Below, piece by piece: positions 21,335 through 30,622 of a DNA stretch of 64,000 nucleotides; positions within the stretch are counted from its first letter, which is position 1, and the number at the start of each line of letters is the position of its first letter. The notes below the pieces were generated by a model. It saw nothing but the letters and a program-made list of their open reading frames with translations, was not told where the DNA came from and did no database searches. Source of the DNA: Candidatus Eiseniibacteriota bacterium (GTDB lineage Bacteria; Eisenbacteria; RBG-16-71-46). The DNA lies in the NCBI GenBank assembly GCA_033853925.1, contig JAWOLC010000052.1:20-64019 (forward strand), in the 5' to 3' direction. Both the position numbers and the translations under genes were made by a program.

Positions 21335-22353
21335 GCCGCGTCCTCCGCGCGAGTCTCCCGCGCCGGCGCGGGGTCCGCCTGCGCCGCGGGCAGGGGACGG
21401 AGGAAGCCCACGACCATGCCGAGCCCGTTCATCGTCCAGGTCAGCAGCGAGTGGAGCGCGACCCGCGAGCTGCGCTTGCGCGCGGTCATCACGGCGAGCA
21501 CGCCGAGGGGCACCAGGACCCAGAGCGCGAGGGCGCGCTCGTCGCCCGTGGCCAGCCCGAACGCCAGGGCGCCGAGCCCCAGCAGCCACAGGCCCATCGT
21601 CGCCACGTACAGCCGCTGGCGCACGAGCAGGGTGCCGAATCCCCGCCGCCCGGCGTACAGCCTCAGCACCTGGCCCTGGCCGAAGCACAGGCCCGTGCGC
21701 CAGCGCCGCGACAGCTCGCGGAAGCTCGGCCGGGGCGCGCTCCAGTGCCGCCCCGCCCTCTGGCCGAGGCAGAGGATCCCGTAGCCGCGCCAGCGGAGCC
21801 GCATGCCCAGCTCGAAGTCCTCGTCGGAGCTGAGCCGCACGTCGTAGCCCCCGGCGGCCAGCAGGGCCTCGCGCCGGTAGAAGGCGACGTTGGCGAGATA
21901 GCCCACGGGGCGATCGCGATCCCCCGCGCCGTACATGTCGTGATGCGGGCCGGGCCGCTCGACCACCCCGTCCACGAACCACTCCTCGATACGACCGCCG
22001 ATCCCGCCCAGCTCGGCCCCCCGGGCGCCGGCCGCGATGGCCGCGTGCACCCAGGAGGCGTCCAGCTCCATGTCGGAGTCCACGAACAGCACCCACTCGC
22101 CCTCGCACGCCGCGAGCCCAGCCATGCGCCCCGCTCCCGGGGTGAGGAGCCGGAGCGGACGCCCGCTCGCGGGCTCGTAGCTCGGGAGGAAGCGCCAGCG
22201 GGCCGCGAGCCGGGGGAGCGGCTCGGGCGAGGGCGCCGCGACCTCGAGCACGCCCTGCCAGTCGTGGCCTGCCAGCGCCCGCTCGAGCGCGGCCACCGTG
22301 CGCGCGAGGAAGCGCTCCTGCCGGTAGCACGAGACCACCACCCCGATCTTCAC
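21328..22353 (-). CDS. Glycosyltransferase family 2
   Basis: GTG start (M-KIGVVVSCYRQ) after an AGGGGG SD; DSD and EDFE motifs; GTGA overlap with the upstream stop. Confidence 0.75.
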   Translation of the reverse strand: MKIGVVVSCYRQERFLARTVAALERALAGHDWQGVLEVAAPSPEPLPRLAARWRFLPSYEPASGRPLRLLTPGAGRMAGLAACEGEWVLFVDSDMELDASWVHAAIAAGARGAELGGIGGRIEEWFVDGVVERPGPHHDMYGAGDRDRPVGYLANVAFYRREALLAAGGYDVRLSSDEDFELGMRLRWRGYGILCLGQRAGRHWSAPRPSFRELSRRWRTGLCFGQGQVLRLYAGRRGFGTLLVRQRLYVATMGLWLLGLGALAFGLATGDERALALWVLVPLGVLAVMTARKRSSRVALHSLLTWTMNGLGMVVGFLRPLPAAQADPAPARETRAEDAAC

Positions 22354-23537
22354 CGTGCCCCCTGCGGCAGCTTGCGATCCTCGAGCGCGAAGCTCGCCAG
22401 GCCCAGGACCTCGTCGTACACGGACTCGAAGGCCTCCACCACCCGCGACCAGGTGAAGCTCTCGCTCACGCGAGCCGCCCCGCGCCGCCCGAGGCGCAAG
22501 GCGGCATCCGGGTGGGCGTGGAACTCCTGCAGCACCGCCGCCAGCGCGCGCGGGTCCTCCGGCGGCACGAGCCGCGCCTGCTCGCCGTCCGCGACCACCT
22601 CCGCGACGCCGCCCACGCTCGTGGCCGCCACCGGTCGCCCGCGGGCCAGCGCCTCCAGCAGCACGAGCGGCAGACCTTCCCAGCGGGAAGGCAGCACCAC
22701 GGCGTCGGCCGCGGCCAGCAGCGGGCCCAGCTCGTCCACCTGGCCGAGGAAGTGGACCCGGTCGGCGAGGCCCAGGGCGCGGGTCTTCTCCTCCAGCGCG
22801 GCGCGGCGCGTGCCTTCTCCCGCCAGGGCGGCGACGAAGTCGAGTCGGCTCGCGGCGACCTGGGCCAGCGCCTCGAGCAGCACGTCCTGCCCCTTCTGCT
22901 GCTCGAGCCGCCCCGCGCAGACCCACAGCGGGCAGCGGGGCCCGGCCCCGAGCTGCTCGCGCAGGCGGCGCGCGTCCGCCCGCTCGGCCAGCTCGTCCGG
23001 CGGGTCGGCGCCGTTGGGCACCACGCGCACCCGCGCGCGGTCCACGCCGTAGTCGCGGACGAGGGAGTCGGCGACCGCGACGCTCACCGCGGTCACGACC
23101 GCGGCCCGAGCCAGCTCGCGGCGCTTCAGCCGGGTCTGCGCCGCGGAGTTCGGCTGGCCGACGATGTGCTCGGTGACGACCAGGTGAGGGACGGCCGCCG
23201 CCCCGGCCAGGGCCGCGAGGTAGCGGTCGGCCGCCGGCCACACGTGATGGATGTGGAGCAGGTCCGGGCGCTCGCGCCCGAGCCGCCGCCACGTCGCCCA
23301 CATCCCCGCCCAGTCCCACCGCGAGTCCACCTCCGCCACGCGCTCGACGGGAAGGCCGCGCGCCGCGAGGGCCGCGGCGAACTCGTCCACGCCCGGCGCG
23401 GGCGACAGCCAGACGCGCACCGCCCAGCGGCTCGGAGGCAGACGGGTGGCCAGCTCCCACAGCACGCGCTCGGTCCCGCCGACCGTGGTTCCGCTCTCGA
23501 CCAACAGCAGCTTCAGTCGCTCCGACTCGGCTTGCAT
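22350..23537 (-). CDS. Glycosyltransferase family 4
   Basis: 395 aa from MQAESERLKLLLVESGTTVGG of ORF 22350..24659. Confidence 0.8.
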   Translation of the reverse strand: MQAESERLKLLLVESGTTVGGTERVLWELATRLPPSRWAVRVWLSPAPGVDEFAAALAARGLPVERVAEVDSRWDWAGMWATWRRLGRERPDLLHIHHVWPAADRYLAALAGAAAVPHLVVTEHIVGQPNSAAQTRLKRRELARAAVVTAVSVAVADSLVRDYGVDRARVRVVPNGADPPDELAERADARRLREQLGAGPRCPLWVCAGRLEQQKGQDVLLEALAQVAASRLDFVAALAGEGTRRAALEEKTRALGLADRVHFLGQVDELGPLLAAADAVVLPSRWEGLPLVLLEALARGRPVAATSVGGVAEVVADGEQARLVPPEDPRALAAVLQEFHAHPDAALRLGRRGAARVSESFTWSRVVEAFESVYDEVLGLASFALEDRKLPQGAR

Positions 23538-24724
23538 AGCCTCTCGTAGGCGCGCAGGAGCTCTCCCGCGGAGTGCTCCCAGGACATGGTCTCCAGAAAA
23601 CGCTGGCGGTTGTACGCCCCCATCCGCTCGCGGCGCTCGGGATCGTCGAGCAGCTCGGCGATCCGGTCCGCCAGGCGGCGCTCGTCGTTCGGCTCGGCGT
23701 AGAGGGCGCCCTCCCCCGCCGAGTAGCGGTGCTCGCGGAGGTCGTAGGCCACGATGGGGCGGCCGCAGGCCATGTACTCGAGCACCTTGTTCATGGTGGA
23801 GACGTCGTTCAGGGGATTCTTGGGATCGGGACAGACGCAGACGTCCGCCGTGGCCAGGAACCTCTCGACTTCCTCGTCGGGGATGCGGCCCGTGAACTCC
23901 ACGAACGAGGCGATGCCCAGCTCGCGCGCCAGGACCCGCAGGTCCTCGAAGGAGTCGCCCGCCCCGATCAGGGTGTAGCTCACGTCGCCCCGGCCCCGGT
24001 CGGCGAGGATGCGCGCCGCGCGCAGGAGGTGGTCCACGCCGTCCTGCGGGGCCATCACTCCCAGGTAGACGACGAGCTGCCGGCGGCCCCGCCGCAGCCG
24101 CGCATCCACGGCCCGCAGGGTGGCGAAGCGCTCCCGGCTCGGGCCGCTCCGCACGACGAAGACCCGGTCGGGCGGCACGCGCCCGCGCGTCAGCGCCACC
24201 TGCCGGTAGGACTCGTTGGTCGAGATCACCAGGTCGGCGGTGAGGAACTGCGCGCGCTCCAGCAGCCGCAGGAGCCGGTGCGGCAGCGAGCCTTCGCGCT
24301 CGAGGCCGAAGCGCGAGAGGTACAGCTCGGGACACAGGTCGTGGTGGTCGAAGACGTAGCGCTTGCCGAAGAGCTTGTACGGGGCCGCCAGGGCCCAGAA
24401 CGTGTCCGGCGGGTTCGCGGAGTGGATCACGTCGAATCCGCGCCGCGCCAGCACGACGAGCGACAGGCGCGCGGTCTGCACGAAGCAGTAGAGGAACTCC
24501 CAGACATAGGAGAGGAAGCCCCGCGTGGGCGGCGGCGCCGGGTAGCGCCAGATGTGGATGCCGTCGATGACCTCGTAGGGAGCGGTCCAGCCCTGGCCCG
24601 TCGGGCAGATGGCGGAGATCTCCCAGCCGCCCGCGCGCAGGGCGCTCAGCTCCATCCACACGCGGCGGTCGAAGGGCAGCGTCAGGTTCTCCGAGAGATG
24701 GAGGACGCTACCACACGAAGCCAT
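23513..24724 (-). CDS. Glycosyltransferase family 4
   Basis: 403 aa from MASCGSVLHLSENLT of ORF 23513..25075; GGGGAG SD. Confidence 0.8.
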   Translation of the reverse strand: MASCGSVLHLSENLTLPFDRRVWMELSALRAGGWEISAICPTGQGWTAPYEVIDGIHIWRYPAPPPTRGFLSYVWEFLYCFVQTARLSLVVLARRGFDVIHSANPPDTFWALAAPYKLFGKRYVFDHHDLCPELYLSRFGLEREGSLPHRLLRLLERAQFLTADLVISTNESYRQVALTRGRVPPDRVFVVRSGPSRERFATLRAVDARLRRGRRQLVVYLGVMAPQDGVDHLLRAARILADRGRGDVSYTLIGAGDSFEDLRVLARELGIASFVEFTGRIPDEEVERFLATADVCVCPDPKNPLNDVSTMNKVLEYMACGRPIVAYDLREHRYSAGEGALYAEPNDERRLADRIAELLDDPERRERMGAYNRQRFLETMSWEHSAGELLRAYERLCKPSRSD

Positions 24725-26024
24725 GGTACTCCCCGCGGACGACGCTGGACGGATCCACGGCATGCACGAGGTCGAGGAGCACCTGGCCGGGCTCGAGGAG
24801 CGCGCCCACCTCGCGATACTCCCGGGCGCGGTTGGCCACCACCACCACCTCGCTGCTCCGCACCACCTCGAGCAGGTCCCCGCGCAGGCGCTCGGGCAGG
24901 TAGGGGAGCTCGTCCTCGACGTAGCGCCGGTTGGCCCCCAGCACTCGGGCCATGTCCAGGTTGGGGTCGTGGAGGAGCACGCTGTAGCCCTTGCCCACGA
25001 GCGTCCCGACCACTCGCAGGATCGGGCTCTCGCGCAGATCGTCGGTCTCGGACTTGAAGGAGAGGCCGAGGACACCCACGTGCCGGCGCTTCAGGCGCTC
25101 GATGTGCTGGATCGCCTCGTTCACGTGGCGCTCGTTCGAGCGCGGGATGGCGTCGATGATCGGCAGCTCCACGCCCAGCACGCGCGCCCGTTGCTGCAGG
25201 GCCCGCACGTCCTTCGGCAGGCACGAGCCGCCGTAGGCGAAGCCCGGCTTGAGGTAGTACGGGCTCAGGTTGAGCCGCTTGTCGCGCACGAAGAGGTCCA
25301 TCACCAGATGGCTGTCGATCCCCTCACGCTTGCAGATCCGTCCGACCTCGTTGGCGAACGCGACCTTGAGGGCGTGGTAGGCGTTGTTGACGTACTTCAG
25401 GATCTCCGAGGTGCGCAGCGGGATCACCACGGTCTCGCCGCCGATGTCCGCGTAGAGACGGCGCAGGATCTCCGCGCTGCGCTCGTCGTCGGCGCCGATC
25501 ACCGTCAGCTCGGCGTCGAAGAAGTCGCGGATGGCCGTGCCCTCGCGCAGGAACTCGGGGTTGTAGGCCACGCCGAAGTCGCGGCCCGCCTTCAGCCCGG
25601 AAGCCTCCTCCAGCGCCGGAGTGAGCAGGCCCTGGACGCTCCCCGGGAGCATCGTGCTGCGCATGACGACGACGGTGTAGGTGCGCGTGGCCCGCAGGGC
25701 GTGGCCCACCTCCTGCACGGAGCGCAGCACGTGCGCGAGGTCGAGGCTGCCGTCGGGCGCGCTGGGAGTCCCCACGCAGACCAGCACCGCCTCCGCGCCG
25801 GGCAAGGCCTCGTCGATGCGGGTCGTGGCGGTGAGGTGGCCGGCCGCGCGCGCGGCGGAGATCAGCTCCCCGAGGCCGCGCTCCACGATGGGGCTGTCGC
25901 CACGCCGAATGCAGTCCACCTTGTACTCGTTCGTGTCGACGCCCACCACCTCGTGCCCCCGGCTCGCCAGGCAAGCCGAGCACACGGAGCCGACGTACCC
26001 CAGTCCCACCACCGCCACACGCAT
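24708..26024 (-). CDS. UDP-glucose/GDP-mannose 6-dehydrogenase family (nucleotide-sugar dehydrogenase)
   Basis: ORF 24708..26024; MRVAVVGLGYVGSV Rossmann fold; catalytic-cysteine region GGSCLPKD; GGGAGGTG SD. Confidence 0.9.
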   Translation of the reverse strand: MRVAVVGLGYVGSVCSACLASRGHEVVGVDTNEYKVDCIRRGDSPIVERGLGELISAARAAGHLTATTRIDEALPGAEAVLVCVGTPSAPDGSLDLAHVLRSVQEVGHALRATRTYTVVVMRSTMLPGSVQGLLTPALEEASGLKAGRDFGVAYNPEFLREGTAIRDFFDAELTVIGADDERSAEILRRLYADIGGETVVIPLRTSEILKYVNNAYHALKVAFANEVGRICKREGIDSHLVMDLFVRDKRLNLSPYYLKPGFAYGGSCLPKDVRALQQRARVLGVELPIIDAIPRSNERHVNEAIQHIERLKRRHVGVLGLSFKSETDDLRESPILRVVGTLVGKGYSVLLHDPNLDMARVLGANRRYVEDELPYLPERLRGDLLEVVRSSEVVVVANRAREYREVGALLEPGQVLLDLVHAVDPSSVVRGEYHGFVW

Positions 26025-26159
26025 GCAGTCACCTCCCGGTCAGGGAACCTTCGCCCGCGGGCCCCGGGACCGATGCCGTGCCCCGCGGTAATCCGTCCGC
26101 TCTCGCCGCTCGCGCCCCGCCGGAAGCCGGAGCTGGCGGCCGACCTGCCCGAGGCGGAA

Positions 26160-27695
26160 TCAGGGAGCCGCGTCCCGGCTCGCGCCCCACCCCGGGACGT
26201 GCCACACCTGGACGCCCGCGAAGCGGTACTCCTGCGCCTCCGGATGGCGGGCGGCGAGAATCCGCGCGAAGACGCCCCCTGGATCCAGGTCCTCCGCACG
26301 GCTGAGCACGATCCAGGTGCCTCGCGCGCCTGCCAGCTTGCCCTCCAGCTCTTCGCTCAAGCGTCGCGGTCGGTCCGCGTAGCCCAGCCAGAGCTGGTCG
26401 ACGGGAAGCGGCCCACGATAGTAATAGTAGATCGGCTCCTGCGCACCTAGGGCCAGGACCTTCTCGCCGAGCCGGCCTTGCTGGCGGACGAGCTGCGCCG
26501 CCGCTCGGTAGTCCTCCTTGCCGTAGCGCGGGTCGAAGTAGAGGTGCGCGAGCGACACCGCCCAGAGCAGGCCGACGGCGAGGCCGGCTCCGACCTTCCA
26601 CCCCCTGCGCAGGTCCGCCAGCCCTGCGGCCAGCACGAGCAGCAGCAGCGGCGCCCCGACCGCGAGGTAGCGCGGGTTGAAGACCTTGAAGTTGCGCAGG
26701 GCGAAGAAGCTGACCACCACGATGGGCACGCCGAGCCAGAGGAGCGCGTCCAGGAGGCGCCGGCGCCGCACCAGGCCCCGGAGCCCGGCGAGGCCGAGGA
26801 AGCCGAAGACCAGGGTGGTCGCGACGAGCTCGGGAACGTGGCGGCCCAGCACGGCCGTCGGCGAGCCCGACTTCAGCTCGCGCAACGCCGGCCCGAGCGA
26901 GTACCCCACCGTCAGGGCGTGAAGGGCGAAGGGAATGGCCGCCGCGTGGAACGTGGTGGCGCCCCGCAGAGGCGCCTGCCCGGCGGGCGCCGCGCGTCCG
27001 AGGTGCAGCCGGCTCCAGTCCCAGGTACGCGTCATCTGCGGCACCCACGGCAGGAGGATCAGGGCCAGGAGAACGGCGAGCGCCACCAGCCCCAGCGCGC
27101 GCCAGAGTCCGCGCGACCGATTCGCCGCCCGCGGCACCGAGGGATCGCCGGCCGACTCCCCGGCGCCGACGAGCCACCAACGCAGGTGCAGCGGGCCCAG
27201 GAGCGCGAACGAGAAGTTGGCGAGCAACCCCGCGCCCGCCGCGAGGAAGTAGCCGACGAGGCGCAGGAGCGGGCGGCGGACGGGCCCGGCCAGAACGGCT
27301 CCGGCCAGGCAGGCGCAGAGGACGAGCAGCATGTAGTTGCGCGCTTCCTGCGAGTACCAGACGAGGAACGGCGAGCCGGCGGCCAGCCAGGCGGCCGGGA
27401 CCGCGGTCTCGCGGCCGAGCCAGCGCGCCGCGAGCCAGGCCAGCGCCGGCACCACCATCACGCCGAACAGCATGGATGGCGCGCGGAGCGCCCACTCGGA
27501 GTCGCCGGCCACCGCGCCCCAGGCGTGGAGGATCAGCGTGTAGAGAGGTCCGTGCACGTTCTCGAGCAGCGTGGCGAGCGGCAGGCGTCCGCCGAGGTCG
27601 GCGCCCAGCCAGGTGAAGGCCTCGTCCACCCACAGGCTCTGCGCGCCCAGGTGGAACACCCGCAGGGCGAGGGCCGCCAGCGTGGCGGCGAGCAC
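26160..27695 (-). CDS. GT-C glycosyltransferase, ArnT/PMT_2 (GT83/GT39-like) family
   Basis: ORF 26160..27695 (GTG start); motifs SLWVDEAF and HGPLYTL; multiple transmembrane helices; N-terminus may extend further via a non-canonical start. Confidence 0.75.
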   Translation of the reverse strand: MLAATLAALALRVFHLGAQSLWVDEAFTWLGADLGGRLPLATLLENVHGPLYTLILHAWGAVAGDSEWALRAPSMLFGVMVVPALAWLAARWLGRETAVPAAWLAAGSPFLVWYSQEARNYMLLVLCACLAGAVLAGPVRRPLLRLVGYFLAAGAGLLANFSFALLGPLHLRWWLVGAGESAGDPSVPRAANRSRGLWRALGLVALAVLLALILLPWVPQMTRTWDWSRLHLGRAAPAGQAPLRGATTFHAAAIPFALHALTVGYSLGPALRELKSGSPTAVLGRHVPELVATTLVFGFLGLAGLRGLVRRRRLLDALLWLGVPIVVVSFFALRNFKVFNPRYLAVGAPLLLLVLAAGLADLRRGWKVGAGLAVGLLWAVSLAHLYFDPRYGKEDYRAAAQLVRQQGRLGEKVLALGAQEPIYYYYRGPLPVDQLWLGYADRPRRLSEELEGKLAGARGTWIVLSRAEDLDPGGVFARILAARHPEAQEYRFAGVQVWHVPGWGASRDAAP

Positions 27696-27804
27696 CTGGG
27701 CGACGACGGCGCGGTTGCCGACCGGGGAGAGCGCGGGCGCGCCGACGAACCGGCCGGGAGTGGCTCCGCGGATCCCCGTAGGTGCTCCGGTCAGCCGTCC
27801 GGGA

Positions 27805-28719
27805 CTAGTAGGCTCCCTCGCGGGAGAGCACCGCGGGGATCGTCCGGACGAGGATCTTCAGGTCGAGCCAGAGGCTGCGGTGCTTGATGTACTCCAGATC
27901 CAGCCGCATCCACTCCTGGAAGCCGATGCGGCTCCGCCCACTGATCTGCCAGAGGCAGGTGATGCCCGGGAGCACGTCGAGGCGCCGAAGCTGCCAGGGC
28001 TCGTACTGCACGACCTCCTCGGCGATCGGCGGGCGCGGGCCCACCAGGCTCATGTCGCCCTTCAGCACGTTCCAGAGCTGCGGAACCTCGTCGACGCTGG
28101 TGATGCGCAGCCAGCGACCGATCGTCGTGACGCGCGGGTCGCGCGCCATCTTGAACACCGGGCCATCCGTCTCGTTCAGGTGCGAGAGGGAGTGCCGGTG
28201 GCGATCGGCGCCGTCCACCATGGTGCGCAGCTTGTAGAACGTGAACGGCTTCGCGCCCCGCCCGATCCGCACGGACTTGTAGACCACGGGGCCACGCGAC
28301 CCGAGCTTGATGAGGACGGCGGCCAGGAGGAGGAGCGGCGAGGCCACGACCAGGCCGACGAGCGCGCCGCAGACGTCCAGACCGCGCTTCCCGGCGCGCA
28401 GGTACGGGCCACGCTCGGGCGGGATCTGGTGCGCGGCGCGGAGGCGCACCACCGAGGCCCTCGCAGGCAGGAGGCCGGGCCAGGTGGTCGCCCCATTCCC
28501 GTTCCCGGAGCCGTTCAAATGAGCCCCGGCTCCGTTGTGCAGGGCCGCGGCCTTGCCATTGGTCGCGATCGTCGCGTGCCGGTCGTCGATGACCAGCGGT
28601 GGCCTGGCTCCGTGCTTCCCGTCCTTGGGCGTGTCATGCAACACCTCATCGGCCGGCAGCGGCCATCCTCTGGCACTGGGAGCCGCGCTCTTCTGGGAGG
28701 CGAGGATGTTGGGCTCCAT
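27805..28719 (-). CDS. Polyprenyl-phosphate sugar phosphotransferase (bacterial sugar transferase, WbaP/PssY C-terminal type) - priming enzyme
   Basis: ORF 27805..28785; catalytic motifs DVLKGDMSLVGPRP and ISGRS; start taken at MEPNIL (28719) because 28785 lies inside a strong hairpin and uses a rare TTA codon. Confidence 0.8.
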   Translation of the reverse strand: MEPNILASQKSAAPSARGWPLPADEVLHDTPKDGKHGARPPLVIDDRHATIATNGKAAALHNGAGAHLNGSGNGNGATTWPGLLPARASVVRLRAAHQIPPERGPYLRAGKRGLDVCGALVGLVVASPLLLLAAVLIKLGSRGPVVYKSVRIGRGAKPFTFYKLRTMVDGADRHRHSLSHLNETDGPVFKMARDPRVTTIGRWLRITSVDEVPQLWNVLKGDMSLVGPRPPIAEEVVQYEPWQLRRLDVLPGITCLWQISGRSRIGFQEWMRLDLEYIKHRSLWLDLKILVRTIPAVLSREGAY

Positions 28720-28755
28720 GATGCTGCTCTCTGTTGCGTTGCCCGTTAAGCAGGA

Positions 28756-28781
28756 GCCGAGGGCGTAGAAACGCCCTCGGC
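28756..28781 (-). promoter_or_regulatory. Perfect 11-bp GC-rich hairpin (GCCGAGGGCGT-ttct-ACGCCCTCGGC) in the 5' leader of the priming sugar transferase
   Basis: Inverted repeat read in sequence about 35 nt upstream of ATG 28719. Confidence 0.45.
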
Positions 28782-29655
28782 TCAACGCTCTCGCCTAATG
28801 CAGATGCACTGGGTCCCGGTCTCGAAGACCACGAGCAACAGGGGGGGAAACAGCAAGTTGTCGATCCTCAGAAGCGTGTCCTGGGCTCGGTAGGTGGCCG
28901 GGCCGCACTGGCGACCCTCGATCTGGCCTCCCCTACGGCGAACCGCTGTAGCAACGCGTCGCTAGCGCGCCCTCCTCTGGGGACTTTGCGGGGCCCTGAA
29001 CTCCAGGCCTAGGTTAGCAAAACTATGACAGTCGGCGCAAGTCAAACGTTCGGCTCGCACTGATCGCCTAAGACGCTGCCGGACAAACGGATAGCCGATG
29101 GGGCCCTACCCGCTTCCTCCGCTCCGGGCCGAGGCGGCCCCGGACCCACCCCTCCGCACTCGTCCCCGAGGCATGCTTCGGGCGCTCGTCCGAGGCGGGC
29201 CCGGCGCTGGTCGTCGTGCCCCCGCTCGCAAGGCCGCCTTCCCTCCATGGCCACGATGTCCAGCCGGGACCATGGAGGCGCGCGGGGCGCGCGCGAGAAG
29301 GTGCTCTGCAAGACGCAGCCGCGAGTCCGCGGCCGAGCCGGGACGTCGCGCGCCGTGCTCGAGCGTGGACGCGGGGATGACCGCGGGCCGCTCCGGATGC
29401 CGCCCGCGCGAGAGAGGAATGGTCTCCGGAGAAGCACCCCCGCGGGCTCGGAACGAACGCGGAGCGCAGCGCGCCGCTGCGCGCCGCCGGCGGCGGGGTC
29501 ACGCCCGTTGCGTCCGGCGCGGTCGGATCGCGGGCGAGGAAGTCGGGAGCCGCATCCGCGGGAAGGCGTTCCTTGCCGCCATCGGTGTGCGGTTGCTAGA
29601 GTCCCGCGAGCATGACTCCCGACCTCGGCCATTTCCTCCGGATCGCGCGGCCTTC

Positions 29656-30330
29656 ATGATCGGCGGCCTGCGGATCTCCTGCGTCATTCCCTGCTACAAC
29701 GAGGAGAACGGGATCCAGGAAGTCCTGGGGCGCATGCCTCCGGCGGTGGACGAGGTCGTGGTCGTCGACAACAACTGCACCGACCGCACGGCGGAGGTCG
29801 CGAGCGCCCGCGGCGCGCGCGTCGTCGCCGAGAGGACGCCCGGCTACGGAGCCGCCTACAAGACCGGGCTCGGCGCCGCCACGGGGGACCTGGTCGCCAC
29901 CATGGATGGGGACGGCACCTATCCGCCGGAGGAGATCCCGCGGCTGGTGGGCGTGTTGCTCGACCGGCAGTGGGACTTCCTCTCCGCCAGCCGCTTCCCC
30001 CTCGCCGACCCGCGCGCCATGGGAGCCAGCAACCGTCTCGGCAACTGGGTCCTGACCGTGGCCGCGGGCATGCTGTTCTTCAAGCCGATTCGCGACAGCC
30101 AGTCCGGCATGTGGGTGTTCCGCCGCGCCGCCCTCGAGCGGATGCGGCTCACCTCCGACGGCATGGCCTTCAGCGAGGAGATCAAGCTGGAGGCGCTGCT
30201 CCGAGGCCTGCGCTTCGGCGAGGAGCACATCCCCTACGGGACTCGCGTGGGAGAGGTCAAGCTGCAGAAGTGGCGCGACGGCTGGAACAACCTCCTCTTC
30301 CTCCTGCGCAAGCGTCTCGGTTGGCTCTGA
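29656..30330 (+). CDS. GtrB/DPM1-like polyprenyl-phosphate glycosyltransferase (GT2)
   Basis: Internal ATG of ORF 29098..30330; MIGGLRISCVIPCYNEE and DGDG motifs; the upstream part of the ORF has low GC3. Confidence 0.8.
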   Translation: MIGGLRISCVIPCYNEENGIQEVLGRMPPAVDEVVVVDNNCTDRTAEVASARGARVVAERTPGYGAAYKTGLGAATGDLVATMDGDGTYPPEEIPRLVGVLLDRQWDFLSASRFPLADPRAMGASNRLGNWVLTVAAGMLFFKPIRDSQSGMWVFRRAALERMRLTSDGMAFSEEIKLEALLRGLRFGEEHIPYGTRVGEVKLQKWRDGWNNLLFLLRKRLGWL

Positions 30331-30622
30331 GGCCTGGCGCCCCGTGCGCCGCGGGCACGGAGATCGCTGCCGCAGCGACCTCGGCCGCGTGAGCCCGAAC
30401 GCCCTGCCTCGCCGCCACGAGGCGCGGCCCACCACTGCGAGACGCTGGGCTCGCGGGTTGCGCTTCGAGGCGACCGACATCCGGCTGGGGTAAGATATCG
30501 TCGTGCGTGACTGCGGGCCCGAGGCTCGGGGGATCGCCGTGCCTCACGCCCGGTTCCAGCGCTGGGCGCGCCTCTGGATCGTCCCGGCCGACCAGGGGGA
30601 GCGGAGGAGAGCGGAGAGGAAG

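Noticed and set aside
28893-28905. CGGTAG core resembling the ops/JUMPStart antitermination element
   Set aside because: Only a 6-mer match, wrong flanks (GGTAGGTGG versus GGCGGTAGnnTG) and about 750 nt from the nearest plus-strand gene; likely chance
29247-29615. 122-aa ORF with high GC3 in its first 50 codons inside the divergent control region
   Set aside because: Arg-rich low-complexity product, no SD, GC3 decays in the second half; kept only as a note within the control-region finding
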